Numbered from the stretch's first letter, positions 1-15,108 are shown. The stretch is DNA of 29,775 nt from Octopus sinensis (GCF_006345805.1 NW_021832658.1:1-29775); one strand, 5' to 3'. Program-made: numbers and translations. Notes: a model not told the origin generated them from the sequence alone.

Positions 1-185
1 TCGTTCTGCCGCTATGTTCTGAGTTCAAATTCCACCCGAGGTCCGACTTTGCCTTTCATTCCTTCGGGGCGATTAAATAAGTACCAGTTACGCACTGGGG
101 TCGATATAATCGACTTAATCCGTTTGTCTGTCCTTGTTTGTCCCCTCTGTGTTTAGCCCCTTGTGGGTAGTAAAGAAATAGGTAT
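1..185 (+). mobile_element. tRNA-derived octopus-type SINE (5' part cut by the window edge)
   Basis: B box gagttcaaattcc, body gactttgcctttcat..ggggtcgat..aagtaccag, tail tagtaaagaaataggtatt; same family as 3747-3978. Confidence 0.9.
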
Positions 186-189
186 TGTT

Positions 190-900
190 GCAAGGATACT
201 TTCTTCATCACAGACATCTAACGGAAGGTAGAACCGTTCTCTTATCGCAGTCAGAAGACCATCCGTGGAACACTAGGTAGTGGTTCCAGATGTAAAACAA
301 GAACCTGATTGATCAAAGACTCAAAAACCTTTCTAAATACGGGGGAAAGACTGATTTGGATGGTAGTTATGAGAATGAGAACGTTCGCAAGAGTTTTTTG
401 AAACAAGAAAAACAGGCTGGAAAAGACTCGGTTAAGCATTCGAAGAGTCTAAGATACAAGATTAGAAAGTTCAGGAGAGAATCTTTTGCAATACATTAGC
501 AAGAATATTATCGTAAGCCATATAAGTGCTGGGCGGAGAAATTACATTCGCCACGGGTTTGAAAATTACGCTGAAGTTAGATAAAGAAATATCACATCGA
601 CAAGGATAGAATAATTGTAAAGCAGCCGAGAAAACGATTTCATTTTATCTTTAAAAAAAGTCAGTACTTAGTTACCAGTGAAGAAGAGAGGGATACTAAA
701 TTTACCATTATTAACTGCACGACTATAACATTTCTAAAGCTTCTGCAGATCAGATTTTGAGAAGCAATACGGGAGATATTCCGCTCCACATTAAGAGATT
801 TTTTTGTCTGCAAGAATAGTCTTGCAGTGCTTCCTCGCTATAATGGGAAAAGTATTCTTGGGTGGAAATATTATTAAAGATTAATTGGTCGATAAGTTAT
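190..900 (+). mobile_element. Highly degraded non-LTR RT relic, possibly R4/Dong-like
   Basis: Scattered peptides LTEGRTVLL, GSRCK..LID and LPVKKRGILNLPL resemble RT domains of REL-endonuclease LINEs; many stops. Confidence 0.4.
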
Positions 901-1154
901 ATTCTTAGAACAGATATAAATGTAACCAAAATGCAGACAAGATACATAATTTCATAGATGTAATTATTTAATAAACAAAAAGACAAAAAGGTTATGAGAT
1001 CAGTTTTAGAAGTACTAAAGAAACACGATACAAAATACGTTGATATTTGAACATTATATAAAGGGATAGCATTATTGTGTGCTTAATAAGAATATCTGTC
1101 AAACATGTTATTTCGAGTTAACGTTGACTGATAATTAAAAAAAAAAAAACTAGA

Positions 1155-1265
1155 AAAGCAGACGACAACTGCTGTAGATGACGCAGACGATATCCGGCGT
1201 CTACTCGACATATTCCAACAAATCATCGGCAGCCATGACATTATGATCAGCAAAAACAAACGAAG
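1155..1265 (+). mobile_element. Short RT-like relic (ADD...[21 protein letters not shown])
   Basis: Resembles the YADD..LQ.LLD.F......GL.IS.KKT segment of RTE-type RT and needs one frameshift. Confidence 0.35.
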
Positions 1266-1623
1266 AACACACACACACACACACGTACGCACACGCACGC
1301 ACACACACACACGCACGCGCACACACACACACACACACGCACACACACACACGCACACACACACACACACACACATATGTTTATGAATTTGTGCGTGTTT
1401 ATTTGGCAAAAGAAAAAAAAATGACCATTCCGAAACATAATGGGTGTGTGTGTGTAATTAATGGTGTACTTTATAACATTAATAATGTTTAATTCATTCG
1501 CCATATTTTCACGTGAATATATCACTATATTTGTAACACACGAACCATCCAACTACACATTGGTTAAACCTGCTAGAAGTATCAATCAAACCCTCACCGA
1601 ACGCACACTAATGCTTGAGCAAT

Positions 1624-1834
1624 GAAAGAAAGAAAGAAAGAAGAAGGAAAGAAGGAAAGAAAGACAAGAGAAAGAAGAAAGAAAGAAGAAAGAAAAAAGA
1701 AAGAAAGAAAGAAGGAAGAAGGAAGAAAAGAAAGAAAGAAAGAAGGAAAGAAGGAAAGAAAGAAAGAAAGAAAGAAGGAAAGAAGGAAGGAAGGAAAGAA
1801 AGAAAGAAAGAAGGAAGGAAAGAAAGAAAGAAAA
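1624..1834. repeat. Polypurine (GAAA/GGAA)n tract
   Basis: About 210 bp almost purely purine. Confidence 0.95.
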
Positions 1835-2288
1835 GATGTTGCATGATGTAGTTCAAGATCTGTGTGACAAAACATACTGAGTGAAAAGTGACGAATGAGA
1901 TTATAGTGTTGATCATAAGTTTGCTGGATCAGAACAGGCGTGATTTTAACAACGATAACAGAGAGAAGAATTGATCTCGGATGAATAGTTCAAGCAAGAA
2001 AACACATCAGAAGAAGCTGGCAAAATCGTTCTATGAAGTTTGGAAATAGACAAAGAGAAGGAATTAATTATGGTGTGCCTTTTACCTTGGCATCTATCAG
2101 CACAATAGCAATAACTATGATTACTGATTTGGGTAGAAGGTCACCCGGTTCAAGAGAAGAAGAGAACTCAGCATCTGAAGAACCGGAAAATAGAGCGCAA
2201 AGCATTTTGCCAGACGTTCTTACGATTCTGGCTAATAATGACAAAAAAAAAAAGAAAAAGAAAAGAAAAGAAAATGACAAGCATGAAG

Positions 2289-2452
2289 GTTTCAAATTTT
2301 GAAACAAAGCCAGCGAGGAAGGATTACTCGATTAAATCGACCCCAGTTCTCATCTGATACTTTATTTTATCGACCCCGAAAGGATGAATGATAAAGTTGA
2401 CCTTGAGGAGATTTGAACTCAGAATGCCACTAAGCCTTTTGTCCGACGCTGG
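2289..2452 (-). mobile_element. tRNA-derived SINE, older copy
   Basis: Reverse-complement B box atttgaactcaga and the cgaccccgaaaggatgaa core. Confidence 0.8.
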
Positions 2453-2537
2453 AGGTCAATGCAAAAACTCGAAAGATACAATGCAAAGCACTTTCCAGAC
2501 CCTCGAAACAATTTGGCGGCGGCGACGATAATAACCC

Positions 2538-2738
2538 TTTCTACTAGAGGCACAAAAGCCTGAAATTGTAGGAGTTTAGTTGATAACATAAATCCAGTAT
2601 TCAGCTGGTACTAATTTTATCGATTCTGAATGGATGAAAGGCAAAGTCGAACTCCATTTGGAATTTGAAATCCGAGCGCAAAGACAAAGAAATGCCGCGA
2701 AGCAGTGTGCCCGGCATTCTCACGACTCTGCCAGCTCG
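2538..2738 (-). mobile_element. tRNA-derived SINE, older copy
   Basis: ggatgaaaggcaaagtcga...gaatttgaa...ctgccagctcg. Confidence 0.8.
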
Positions 2739-2815
2739 ATGTCCTAGAGATAATAATAATGATAACAATAACAGCAACAAGAACAAGAACAACAACAACA
2801 ACAACAATAATAATG

Positions 2816-2985
2816 GTTTCAAATTTTGGCACAAGGCCAGCAATTTCGGGAGAGTGGCTAAGTTGATTACATCAACCACAATGCTCATCTGATACTTATT
2901 CCTATTAACTCCGGAAAAATAAAGGTCAAAGTCGCCCTCGGCAGAACTTGAACTCAAAATATATAGACAGACAAAATGCTGCTAA
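2816..2985 (-). mobile_element. tRNA-derived SINE, older copy
   Basis: ggcacaaggccagcaatttc tail and aaggtcaaagtcgccctcggcagaacttgaactca. Confidence 0.75.
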
Positions 2986-3009
2986 GTAGTAGTAGTAGTT
3001 GTAGTAGTA

Positions 3010-3220
3010 TTTCTACTCTAGGCACAAGGCCTTGAACATTTTCGGGGAAGGAGGCTAGTCGATAAAGTCGACCCCTGTGTGTAACTGGTACTTATTTCAT
3101 CGGCCCCGATAGGATGAAAGTCAAAGTCGACCTCGGTGAAATTTGGACTCAGAATGTAGCGGCAGACGAAATACTGCTAAGCATTTCGTCTGGCGTGCTA
3201 ACGATTCTGCCAGCTCGCCG
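3010..3220 (-). mobile_element. tRNA-derived SINE, near full length
   Basis: Tail tactctaggcacaaggcc through head cgtgctaacgattctgccagctcgccg. Confidence 0.85.
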
Positions 3221-3746
3221 ACTTATCAACAACACAAAAACAACAACGGGGAGATGTAGTTATGGGAAGAAATCGTACGATACATGTATGGCTAGACGAC
3301 TCGATATGAAATTAGACAAAGAAACCACCAAGAAGAAAAAGCTAATCAAGAACGCTGTTATTAAATATAGAAAAATTGATAAGAGAATTGGAAGAGAAAC
3401 AGACTTTCAAGTGAGAAAGAATCGATGAATTACACAAAATACAACACACATAAAAGGAAAGACTAGGTCACTTATGAATATAATAGACACATCAGATTAA
3501 TAGCGAAACCAGAACTGGATATAAAATATAAGCTAATAGGCGTAAACACACTAGATGTGTTAGTAATAAGTTAGAGTTATACTAGTAATATTTATAACTT
3601 GATGTTGAATCATCGAAAAAAAAAATTAGACAAAAATGTCTCCGTTAAAAATTCAGCTTCCAAAATCTGTCATGGAAAGATTATGGTGCTTACGACGACG
3701 GACGTAGGAAGAGGGATGTCATTGTCCACAATATGATATTACGATA

Positions 3747-3978
3747 GGGCGGCGAGCTGGCAGAAACGTTAGCACGCCGGGCGAAACGCGTAGCCGTATT
3801 TCGTCTGTCGTTACATTCTGAGTTCAAATTCCGCCGAGGTCCACTTTGCCTTTCATCCTTTCGGGGTCGATAAATTAAGTACCAGTTTCGCACTGGGGTC
3901 GATTTCATTGACTTAATCCCTTTGTCTGTCTTTGTTTGTCCCCTCTATGTTTAGCCCCTTGTGGGTAGTAAAGAAATA
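3747..3978 (+). mobile_element. Full-length young tRNA-derived SINE with a 17-bp target-site duplication
   Basis: A-box-like tggcagaaacgttagc and B box gagttcaaattcc; perfect TSD aatatgatattacgata at 3730-3746 and 3979-3995. Confidence 0.95.
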
Positions 3979-4289
3979 AATATGATATTACGATATATAT
4001 ATATATATATATATATATAAGAGAATATATATAAGAGAATTGGACCAAGCACAGTTTTTCAAAACCAATGAACTAAACAGGACACAAAATACTCCAAAGG
4101 TATTTTCATTCTAATAGCTTCTTTCCTTGAGCTGCTGTTCCCTGGGACTTACTACCATCGTCTTGTTTCCCCCTGGCATACAATATTCCCCCTACAAGCT
4201 TTTTGTTAATGAACATATTTTGAATGTATAGACTGTCTTAACCTCCCTTGTTGAACCTTACGCTACAGTGGATTCAAGCCTTGTTTGGA

Positions 4290-4640
4290 ACAAATTCATT
4301 AAAAATCACATATACTTTGGGCATATACCAATCTACTCGGAGAGAAAGATCAAGACTAAATTACCAGATATCGTCATCAAGGACCAACGAAATAACAATT
4401 GCTTTCTTGTCTATTAATCCTAACTAGTGGTAACAGAACGTAGAAAGAAATGGAGAATTTGATCATATATGAAGATTTGGGACTAAAAGATAATTGTTAG
4501 ATGGTTAGTGAAAGTAGAACAATGCCTGAAATAATGGCAATGATAGAAAATAGTTATACCATTCAGACAAACGCATTACCAAGCACCAGGACTTACAGAC
4601 ATGTATAGCTCTGTCGAAAAAATTTCACAGCAAAGCACTA
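4290..4640 (+). mobile_element. R4/Dong-like LINE endonuclease relic
   Basis: ILW..PIYSERKIKTKLPDIVIKDQRNNNCFL and KEMENLIIYEDLGL resemble the PD..D..KY.DL restriction-like endonuclease motif. Confidence 0.65.
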
Positions 4641-4784
4641 GACTTACATTGAAGAGAATATTTACAATGTACAGTATTCATATTACCGAAATCAAAAGAA
4701 AATAATGCAGATACCCTAGGCAAGAAAAGTTGCACTCAGGAGTGCAGAGAAAGGACAGAATGAAAAAAAAATCAATAGGAATAA

Positions 4785-7160
<2,376 letters not shown>

Positions 7161-7687
7161 ATTCACTCTCTAAATTCTTCTATCCCTCTGCCTATACCTC
7201 TCTCCTCTCTCTCCACATGATCGGTGTTCGGCCAAACCTGACCTTTCTTTCTTGGTTCAACTACCATCCGTGCAACATTTATATTCCTCCCCATGTCTGT
7301 CATCTCTTATGTACCTACCGTAAAGCTTCACTTCCACACAATGCCAGCTTAATTGAATTCGTCCTTAGTCGAAAGACACCAGTTGTTAATGTCCTGATAT
7401 TTGCATTTGTATCATTTCTCCGTTTTTTTTCTTCAGTCCTTGTTTTCGTATACATTCACTGATTTCTTCCAAGGAATTTAGTGCTGCTAGCTTAGATTTT
7501 TCTTTAGGCCAGATTGGAGCAATCTCGAGTATATCAAGCCGAAATTGCAAAGATAATCTGGAACTCGACTGAGGAAAAAAAACTCCGGATGACCCGTCCC
7601 TGTTCTTTCTTGGCTCTTTGTTGTATCATCTAACTGTCTGGATGTTTTGCGTTCTTGTCCCATTTTTGTATTCCTTTATATATATAT

Positions 7688-7729
<42 letters not shown>

Positions 7730-7879
7730 CTATATATTTACGTTAATATTATTATACATAAGCTATTTCATGTATATTTAATTTGCAGATTTTTGTCGAG
7801 GTGTCTCCTCAAATCTCAAGAAACCCTCTTAAGATTCTTGCTGAATGCACAATGGCACCTTCCCGTAGGTTGGCGATGC

Positions 7880-8400
7880 ATATAAGAATCACAGCATTTT
7901 GCTGCCTCTTTTACAGTAGTTTATGTGTTGCGCCAAACGCGTGACCATTTGTACAGGAACAACTGTCATCTTTGTAATCGAAGATACTTCGCCTCTCGAG
8001 CCATGTCCCGATATTTCTTATTTTCTCAGTCTTCTACAATATTGTCTCTTACCTTGGCGTTTGATTGTTTTTCTTTTCTCTTTCACGAACACATCTGATA
8101 TCCTAATTTCAAATGTGTTGTCAGTCTGGTTAGGGAAATCCTATAAATTCCACTAACCAGCAATCTTCATCACAGCACTGCTTCGTGTTTATACTAATTT
8201 CCCGGCACTTTCATTCTACAAACTAGACTAACATATCGATGCAGTTTTTCTTGTAACTGACACAATAATGCCTGTGCTTATACTCTTTTTGCGCTAGAAT
8301 ACTGCACTCACTTAGAGATATTTAATACTTTTGTCTCCTTTCCCTCAAATTCTACATTTGCTTTGTGGTGGCGATTTCATCGATCTTCGTATTTATCAAA
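7880..8400 (-). mobile_element. R4/Dong-like LINE 3' relic (CCHC finger plus restriction-like endonuclease)
   Basis: Minus strand gives KCRI*GKG...SECSILAQKEYKHR, QTDNTFEIRISDVFVKEK, KKYRDMARE and VVPVQMV, with stops and frameshifts. Confidence 0.7.
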
Positions 8401-8594
8401 TTCGCTGAAACTGCTTGATTCAGTCGCTCGTTTCCGGTTCACATCTATCGACAACAACAATTCTTCTTCACTTACAACAGTCTCAGTAATCCTCCTCCTC
8501 CTCCTCCTCATCATCATCATCATCATCATCCCCATCATCATCATTATCATCATCATTATCATCATTATTATTATTAATATCATCATCATCATTA

Positions 8595-8632
<38 letters not shown>

Positions 8633-9363
8633 GTTATTATTATAAGCTGAAGCCTCTGTAATTGTTACTCTGATTTTTTCGGAACTGCTTCCTCTAAAGA
8701 TCTAATGATAAAGTGAGAGAATGTTCTTAAGAGAAAAGAGGAAGAAGGAACACATATTCGTAGAAAAAATACAAATTAATCTACACACACACACACACAG
8801 AAATACACACATATACACAAACAAATTCACATATGTATATATATATATATTTATATATATACATACACATATACATATATATGTGCACACACATATACAC
8901 ACACACACATATATATATATACATATATGTGTATAAGTTTTTAGTGTGTGTGTGTGTGTGTGTTGATAATGTCTTTATATGGCTTTTCTACACAACACAC
9001 AACTCTGAAGTATACTACACGCCTCTATAAACAATATCGTTGCTGTTGTTGTTCTTGTTGTAGTCGTTGTTGCTGTTGATGTTGTTGTTGTTGCTGTTGT
9101 AGTTGTTTTATCCTTCCAGCCAGGACTAATCTTTTTCTTACAATACTGCTATATTACATGAAATAATCCATATTCGTTCACTAACGAGATAGACTTATGA
9201 ATATTAATGCGATCTGGCACGAATATAGAAGTTAGTATAAATAGTAATGGCTGGAGTTACTAATATAGATGTTAGTGTATCGTAAATAACTTGTAAATAA
9301 ATATATAGGGTGATTGCTGGAACGACAACATCGCCAACACTTCTATAGGAAATAAAGTTACGT

Positions 9364-9604
9364 TTGTAATAAAGATTGTTTGCCAACATAACATGACAGT
9401 CCTGGTTTAGGATGAATGTTGCTGTAATTTAGCCCCAGGGAACATTGTCTCCAGTTGGCTGTACGACACGATTTGTGTCCTATATTTTTGAACAGATCGT
9501 GTCTTATAGCCAGCTAGAGATGATGTCTCCTGGGGCTAAATTACAGCAACATTCGTCCTAAACCAGGATTGCTATGTTATGTTGGCAAACAATCTTTACT
9601 ACAA
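9364..9604. mobile_element. MITE-like inverted repeat (113-bp arms, 15-bp spacer)
   Basis: Arms 9364-9476 and 9492-9604 differ at 14 positions by my manual alignment. A diverged single-arm copy lies at about 10238-10314. Confidence 0.85.
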
Positions 9605-9782
9605 GGTACTGTTGCTGAATATCGCTCTTTGTGAGATTTAAAAATAGTAATTTTCTAAAGTTGTGCCTGTCGTTCATAAATGATAGATGTTACGGAGCAA
9701 TGAACGACTTGGTTATGCTGACACAAGAGCTAGAGACGGAGGAGGAGCTAATAAAAGAAATATCAGTAATATACTGAGGGAT

Positions 9783-10140
9783 GTTGGTAGACTGGCAGAA
9801 TATTTAGGGCGTCGGCTAAATGCACTGTCGTATGGCAGTTCTATATTTTACCCGCTGAGCTGAAAAACCTGCCGCGTTTTACTTGCCTTTCACCCTTAAA
9901 GCATCAATGAAAATTGTATCTTCTCATTCTGTCTCAATTTATTGTTCTGTGCCTAGATTAGATGGCGGTGATTATCCCGCGGAAAATTGGCGAAGTCATT
10001 AGAAAGCCAGGTGAAGTGGTGTTTATTGTAGTTGTCTGCGATCTGAGTTCAAATCTTTCCCAAGTCAACTTCGCTTCTTATTCTTCATGTGTCTCTTTCT
10101 TACTACATGTACCAAATCAGTTTACTTGGTCGAAAGGTGA
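9783..10140 (+). mobile_element. Two highly decayed SINE remnants (about 9783-9935 and 10020-10140)
   Basis: actggcagaat...ttgcctttcaccctt and ctgagttcaaat...caacttcgc remnants. Confidence 0.5.
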
Positions 10141-10237
10141 CTTCCTTTATCCTTAACTTTCAGAGGCTGTGATATCGCTGTTAAATCTTCCCAAATGGCA
10201 CCTATCGCTCTAAATAAAGATCATCTTTATGTTAGGT

Positions 10238-10314
10238 ATGTTTGCCATCTCAATATGGCTAACCACTAAGGGTGGGTGTTACTGTAGCGTGTAGCCCCAG
10301 GAGAACATCGTCTC
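10238..10314. repeat. Diverged partial arm of the 9364-9604 MITE family
   Basis: tgtttgcca...tgttactgtagcgtgtagccccaggagaacatcgtctc aligns to tgtttgcca...tgttgctgtaatttagccccagggaacattgtctc. Confidence 0.6.
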
Positions 10315-10835
10315 ATTGACACATTTTCTGTGCCCTATCGGTATTTGCAAAGGGAGGTCATCCTTCACTCGTCAACCTAAGTGATACGCACGGACTACAG
10401 TTTCTAGGTATTGATCTAGTTCAGAGATTTATTATTTCATCTTTATGTTGTCTTTTTCTAAATGTCTGAGTTAGACGAGGGTCAGTGAGTAAGACCATTT
10501 CTAGAGGAACCCTATCTAAATAGCACATACACAAAACAACATTGCCGTACAAAACAATAAGTTTAATCCGTCACAGCTAGTACCAGTCTTTACTAGGTTA
10601 CCAATTACCGACAGAACGAACTAAAACAAACTACAAAGAATACGAAACTGGTTAATGCGAATCCAGCTCACCGCCCTATATATATTGTGCACTCTATCGT
10701 GTTCTGTCATGCATGTGATCTGCCGTGAAAAACTGCCTTAAATGAAACCGCTTCGTGTTGCAAAAAAAAAAACAAAAAAGGTTGAGGTCCGCAAATCTAA
10801 AACACTATTACAACGCCGTCTTAATAACATTCTGT

Positions 10836-11160
10836 GAGGGTGCGTGGCTTAGTGGTTAGGGCATTCGGCCCACAGTCGTGAGGGTGTTAGTTCGATACCC
10901 GGTGGTGCGTTGTGTCCTTGAGCAAGACGCTTTATTTCCCATGGCTCCAGTCCATTCAGCTGGGAAAAATGAGTTGTACCCGTAATTCAAAGGGTCAACC
11001 TTGTCGCATTTTGTGTCACGCTGAATCTCCCTGAGAACTACGTTAAGGGTGCACGTGTCTGTGGAGTGCTCAGCCACTTGCACGTTAATTTCACGAGTAA
11101 GCTGTTCCGTTGATCAGATCAAATAGAACCCTCATCGTCGTAACCGACGGAGTGCCAATT
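10836..11160 (+). mobile_element. Full-length tRNA-derived SINE of a second family (core tgtgtccttgagcaagac) with TSD
   Basis: A box tggcttagtggttaggg and B box gttcgatacc; TSD ttaataacatt at 10821-10831 and 11161-11171. Confidence 0.9.
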
Positions 11161-11749
11161 TTAATAACATTGTGTGTTTTCACTGTTTTCGACTTGATTT
11201 CGTTCTCTGCTTCAACGCTTAGCGATTGCTCAGCTTAGCTCTTGTTCTCCGCACTAACTAGCAGTAGTAGCATAAATACATACATACATACATACATACA
11301 TACATACATGCATACATACATTTCGAAATATAACAATATTTATATATATATATACATATATATACATAGAAACAGCGTCTCTTCAACCTGCAGCACAAAG
11401 GCAATATTTCCATTTCTGAAAAGTGAGGTTAACGCAGTTTTGCAATCGAAGAATTAACATTCGATGCCGCTCTGTCATTAAATTAAAACTAATGCTAATG
11501 AAGTGAAAGCAACTGATGCAGTTCCAACTGATAATTAAAATCCATTTAACTCACTCAATACAATAAAGCGTTGCTCGACCTCAAATAATGATTTCTTGTA
11601 TTGGCCCAACGACAGAAATGTTAGGAAAATGTAATGTCTCTTTAATGGGAAATTGTTATGTCTGTTTATTTGACTCGTTCTCGAAAAATCTCAGCGGATT
11701 TCAGAGGGTTACTAAAGAAACATTTACAGCGTCCTTTATTCGGTTCAAG

Positions 11750-11860
11750 GCACATGGTTGGGCTGTTAATTTCACGAATGTTAAGACTGTACGTTGCGTC
11801 CTTGAGCAAGGCACTTGTTTTATCGTTTGCTCAAGTCTACTCAATTAAAAGTGAGCAACA
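11750..11860 (+). mobile_element. Decayed SINE remnant with the gtccttgagcaaggcactt core
   Basis: Core motif shared with 10836-11160. Confidence 0.5.
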
Positions 11861-11877
11861 ACCGACTGTTGGTAAAC

Positions 11878-11948
<71 letters not shown>

Positions 11949-12035
11949 ACCCTCCAGCTATCCTCTGCGTTCTGCTAGATCAGGGGTGGAAGACCAAGGT
12001 GTCTATATCTGCTGAAAAGTACTTAAAACAGCTAG

Positions 12036-12104
<69 letters not shown>

Positions 12105-12146
12105 CACAAGGACCACTCACCCATTACCAACTCCCTTACCTCGACA

Positions 12147-15101
12147 TTCCTGTTAAATGTACGTGGCATCAACCCATCAATTATTGCCCAAAAATGGAAG
12201 ATCCCATATATAGAGAGTTGGCTTGCCGAAATGGCACATTGCTTCCCTTTCTTTATCCTTACCGAGACTCACCTGAACAACACCATATGGACGCAGAGGT
12301 GAAAATAAAAGATTTCACCATTGTTCGTGCGGATCGCACAGACCGAAATAAGGGAGGGACAGCCATCTTTATACATGACTCCTTTTCACTTGATGCCAAG
12401 GACACATTTTCCAATGGCTACTGTGAATCGGTATCAGTATACAACAAAGCCAAGGACATAACCATTGTTGGTCTTTACAGGCCTCCCCAGGCACCTCTAA
12501 AGTACTTTGAAGAGTGCCTTAGCAAAGTCAAGTCCTTCCTTCGGAAGTACCACTCCGGAAACATAATAGTGATGGGTGATTTTAACCTCCCTCATGTGAA
12601 CTGGCCCACAAATACTCCGAAGTTAGGCAAGTGCTCTACATCAGATAGGGCAGCAGCAGAACTGCTCTTTAATCTGATGGATGAGTATTTCCTGACTCAG
12701 CTAGTGCTTGAACCAACGAGACAGAATAAAACGATCTTGGATCTGGTACTGACCAATCACTCTAGCTACGTTCACAGCATTTCAGTCGAAAAAACTCTCC
12801 TCTCAGACCACGACATGGTACTCTGCAATCTTAATCCCGACGTATAAAAACCAAACCAGCAATCCCACTCCATGGCACCCATTTGACAACATAAATTTCC
12901 ACAAAGCGGACTGGGGAACAATCAGAAAGGATCTGTCTTCCATCGACTGGTCTTTTACTCTCAATTCCCCTCATATTGAGACCGCGTGGCAGCACTTTGA
13001 AACCATTGTCACCGACACATGCTCTAAACACGCTCCCAAGAAATCTACTAACACAAACAGAAACCGGCTCCCTAAAAAGAAAAAACACTCATCAGGCGCA
13101 TCAAAAAAGACTCAACAAAAAAATCAACCAATTAAAATATTCCCACACGCACATCCACATTCAACAACAATGAAAAGACTAGAGCTGGAAAAACTTCATC
13201 TGCAGACTAACATGAAAACCTCCATTGAAAATCAAAGAGCTGTGGAGGAACAATGGGTAATCAAAAACATCAAACAGAACCCAAAAGTGTTCTATTCTTA
13301 TGCAAATAAGCATAGAACCACTGTCTCCACCTATTGGGCCATTGATTGATGAAAACGGCATTCCCCAACACGATGCTACAGAATGGCAGAAATACTGCAG
13401 AAACAATATTGCTCTGTCTTCAGTGTTCCCACTGATATTGATGTGAGGGAAACGAACGAAGCTGACTCCCAACACAAAATCGCAGCATAACCTTCACTGC
13501 CACCGACATCGTAGCAGCAATAAATGAGGTCAAACATTACTCCGCTGTAGGCCCTGATAGATTTCCCGCCAGTCTCCTGAAGGAATGTAGATATCAACTT
13601 GCAGTCCCTCTGACCAACCTCTGGAGAAACTCGTTAGACGCAGGTTATATACCGAAAAAGTTTCTATCCCCGGTCGCATCCCGGTTTTCAAACAGGGAAA
13701 CAGATCCCTCGCAGTCAACTATCGCCCAATCTCACTCACCTCCCACATCATTAAAGTGTTTGAAAGAGTGTTAAGATCAAGGATAGCTGACTTCCTGGAG
13801 ACCCACAAACTCCTAAATTCAAATCAACATGGCTTTCGCTGTGGCAGGGACCGTCTAAACAGCTCTTACACCACATTGAAGATGTACTCAAAGCCTTGGG
13901 AACAGGTTCGAACTCTGACGTCATATACCTTGACTTCAGTAAAGCGTTCGACAGGGTAGACCATAACATCCTACTCTCAAAATTGGCAAATGTTGGAATC
14001 CGTGGAAAAGTTCTACACTGGATTCAGTATTTTCTAGCAATAGAATACAAACAACATGTTGTAGTTGATGGAGTCCACTCAAACCCAGCAAAAGTCACCA
14101 GCGGTGTTCCCCAGGGAACTGTTTTGGGTCCGCTACTCTTCATAATTTATGTAAACGACCTTTCCAGTGTCGTACATCACTGCAAAGTGAAAATATTCGC
14201 TGATGACACTAAGCTCCAGCAAATCGTCAATGAAGAAGCAGACCGAACTCAACTCCAGTCTGACCTATATGCTGTGAGTCAATGGGCAGACAGAAACAAA
14301 ATGCAACTGAATGAGGGAAAATTTGAGCTGATGCATTTTGGAAGAAATTCCTCACTAAAACAACCATACTCTCTTCCTTCAGGGGAACCGCTCACAGCCT
14401 CTAACAATATCAGAGACCTGGGTGTAATTGTTGATGACGATCTCAGTTGGAGTGCACACATCAACAAGAAGGTCGATACAGCTCGTAGGATGAGTTCCTG
14501 GATCTTAAGAACTTTCCGGTCCAGAGAACAAGGTGTCATCATACCACTTTTTTCATCCTTTGTACGGCCACACCTTGAATACTGCTGCCCACTGTGGTCT
14601 CCTCACACAAGACAAAACATCTCCAGAATTGAGTCACCCCAGAGGGCTCTCACTAAACAAATTGAAGGCATGGCTGCTCTCGACTATTGGGATCGCCTTA
14701 AAGCCTTGAAACTTTACTCCCTCCAGCGTCGCCGTGAGCGGTACATCATTTGTACGATGTGGAAAATATACCGCCAACTTTGCCCAAACGACCTAAACAT
14801 TAGCTTCAAGGTTCATCCGAGACTTGGACTACGGGCTATACGTCCCCTGCCAAATTCAAGATCACAACATACATGTACACTGCAACATAATTTCTTTTCC
14901 TCAACAGGCCCTGCCCTATTTAACATTGTCCCGAGGGAGATCAAAGAGGAAAAGGATCCCATCAACTTCAAACAGAGTCTGGATAGATTCCTTCAAAGAA
15001 TACCAGACAAGCCACCCATAATTGGATACAACTCACCCAACAAGAACTCACTACTTGAACAAAACTGGATACAACTCACCCAACAAGAACTCACTACTTG
15101 A
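12147..15101 (+). pseudogene. Frameshifted ORF2 (apurinic-like endonuclease plus reverse transcriptase) of the CR1-group LINE
   Basis: The ORF-track pieces 11999-12847, 13756-13959 and 13896-15101 plus short intervening frames give one colinear APE-linker-RT protein when joined across several single-base frameshifts. Confidence 0.9.
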
Positions 15102-15108
15102 ACAAAAC
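15023..15108 (+). repeat. Perfect 43-bp tandem duplication at the LINE ORF2 C-terminus
   Basis: tggatacaactcacccaacaagaactcactacttgaacaaaac at 15023-15065 and 15066-15108. Confidence 0.95.

Noticed and set aside
1083-1916. ORFs rich in CV, KE/RK or FL/SF
   Set aside because: Translations of (CA)n and (GAAA)n repeats, with no splice or domain support.
1950-2200. Possible RTE RT relic (EVWK..., TLASI...)
   Set aside because: Similarity is too fragmentary to support without a search.
7560-7610. CTGAGGA...ctcc motif resembling a hammerhead 5' half
   Set aside because: No GAAA, stem III or stem I partner is recognisable.
10836-10905. tRNA-like A and B boxes as a tRNA gene
   Set aside because: Continues into a SINE body, is flanked by a TSD and has no intact acceptor stem.
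11360-11420. Minus-strand acceptor-like cacttttcAG followed by NGNIAFVLQ
   Set aside because: Weak donor, wrong length and no ankyrin consensus.
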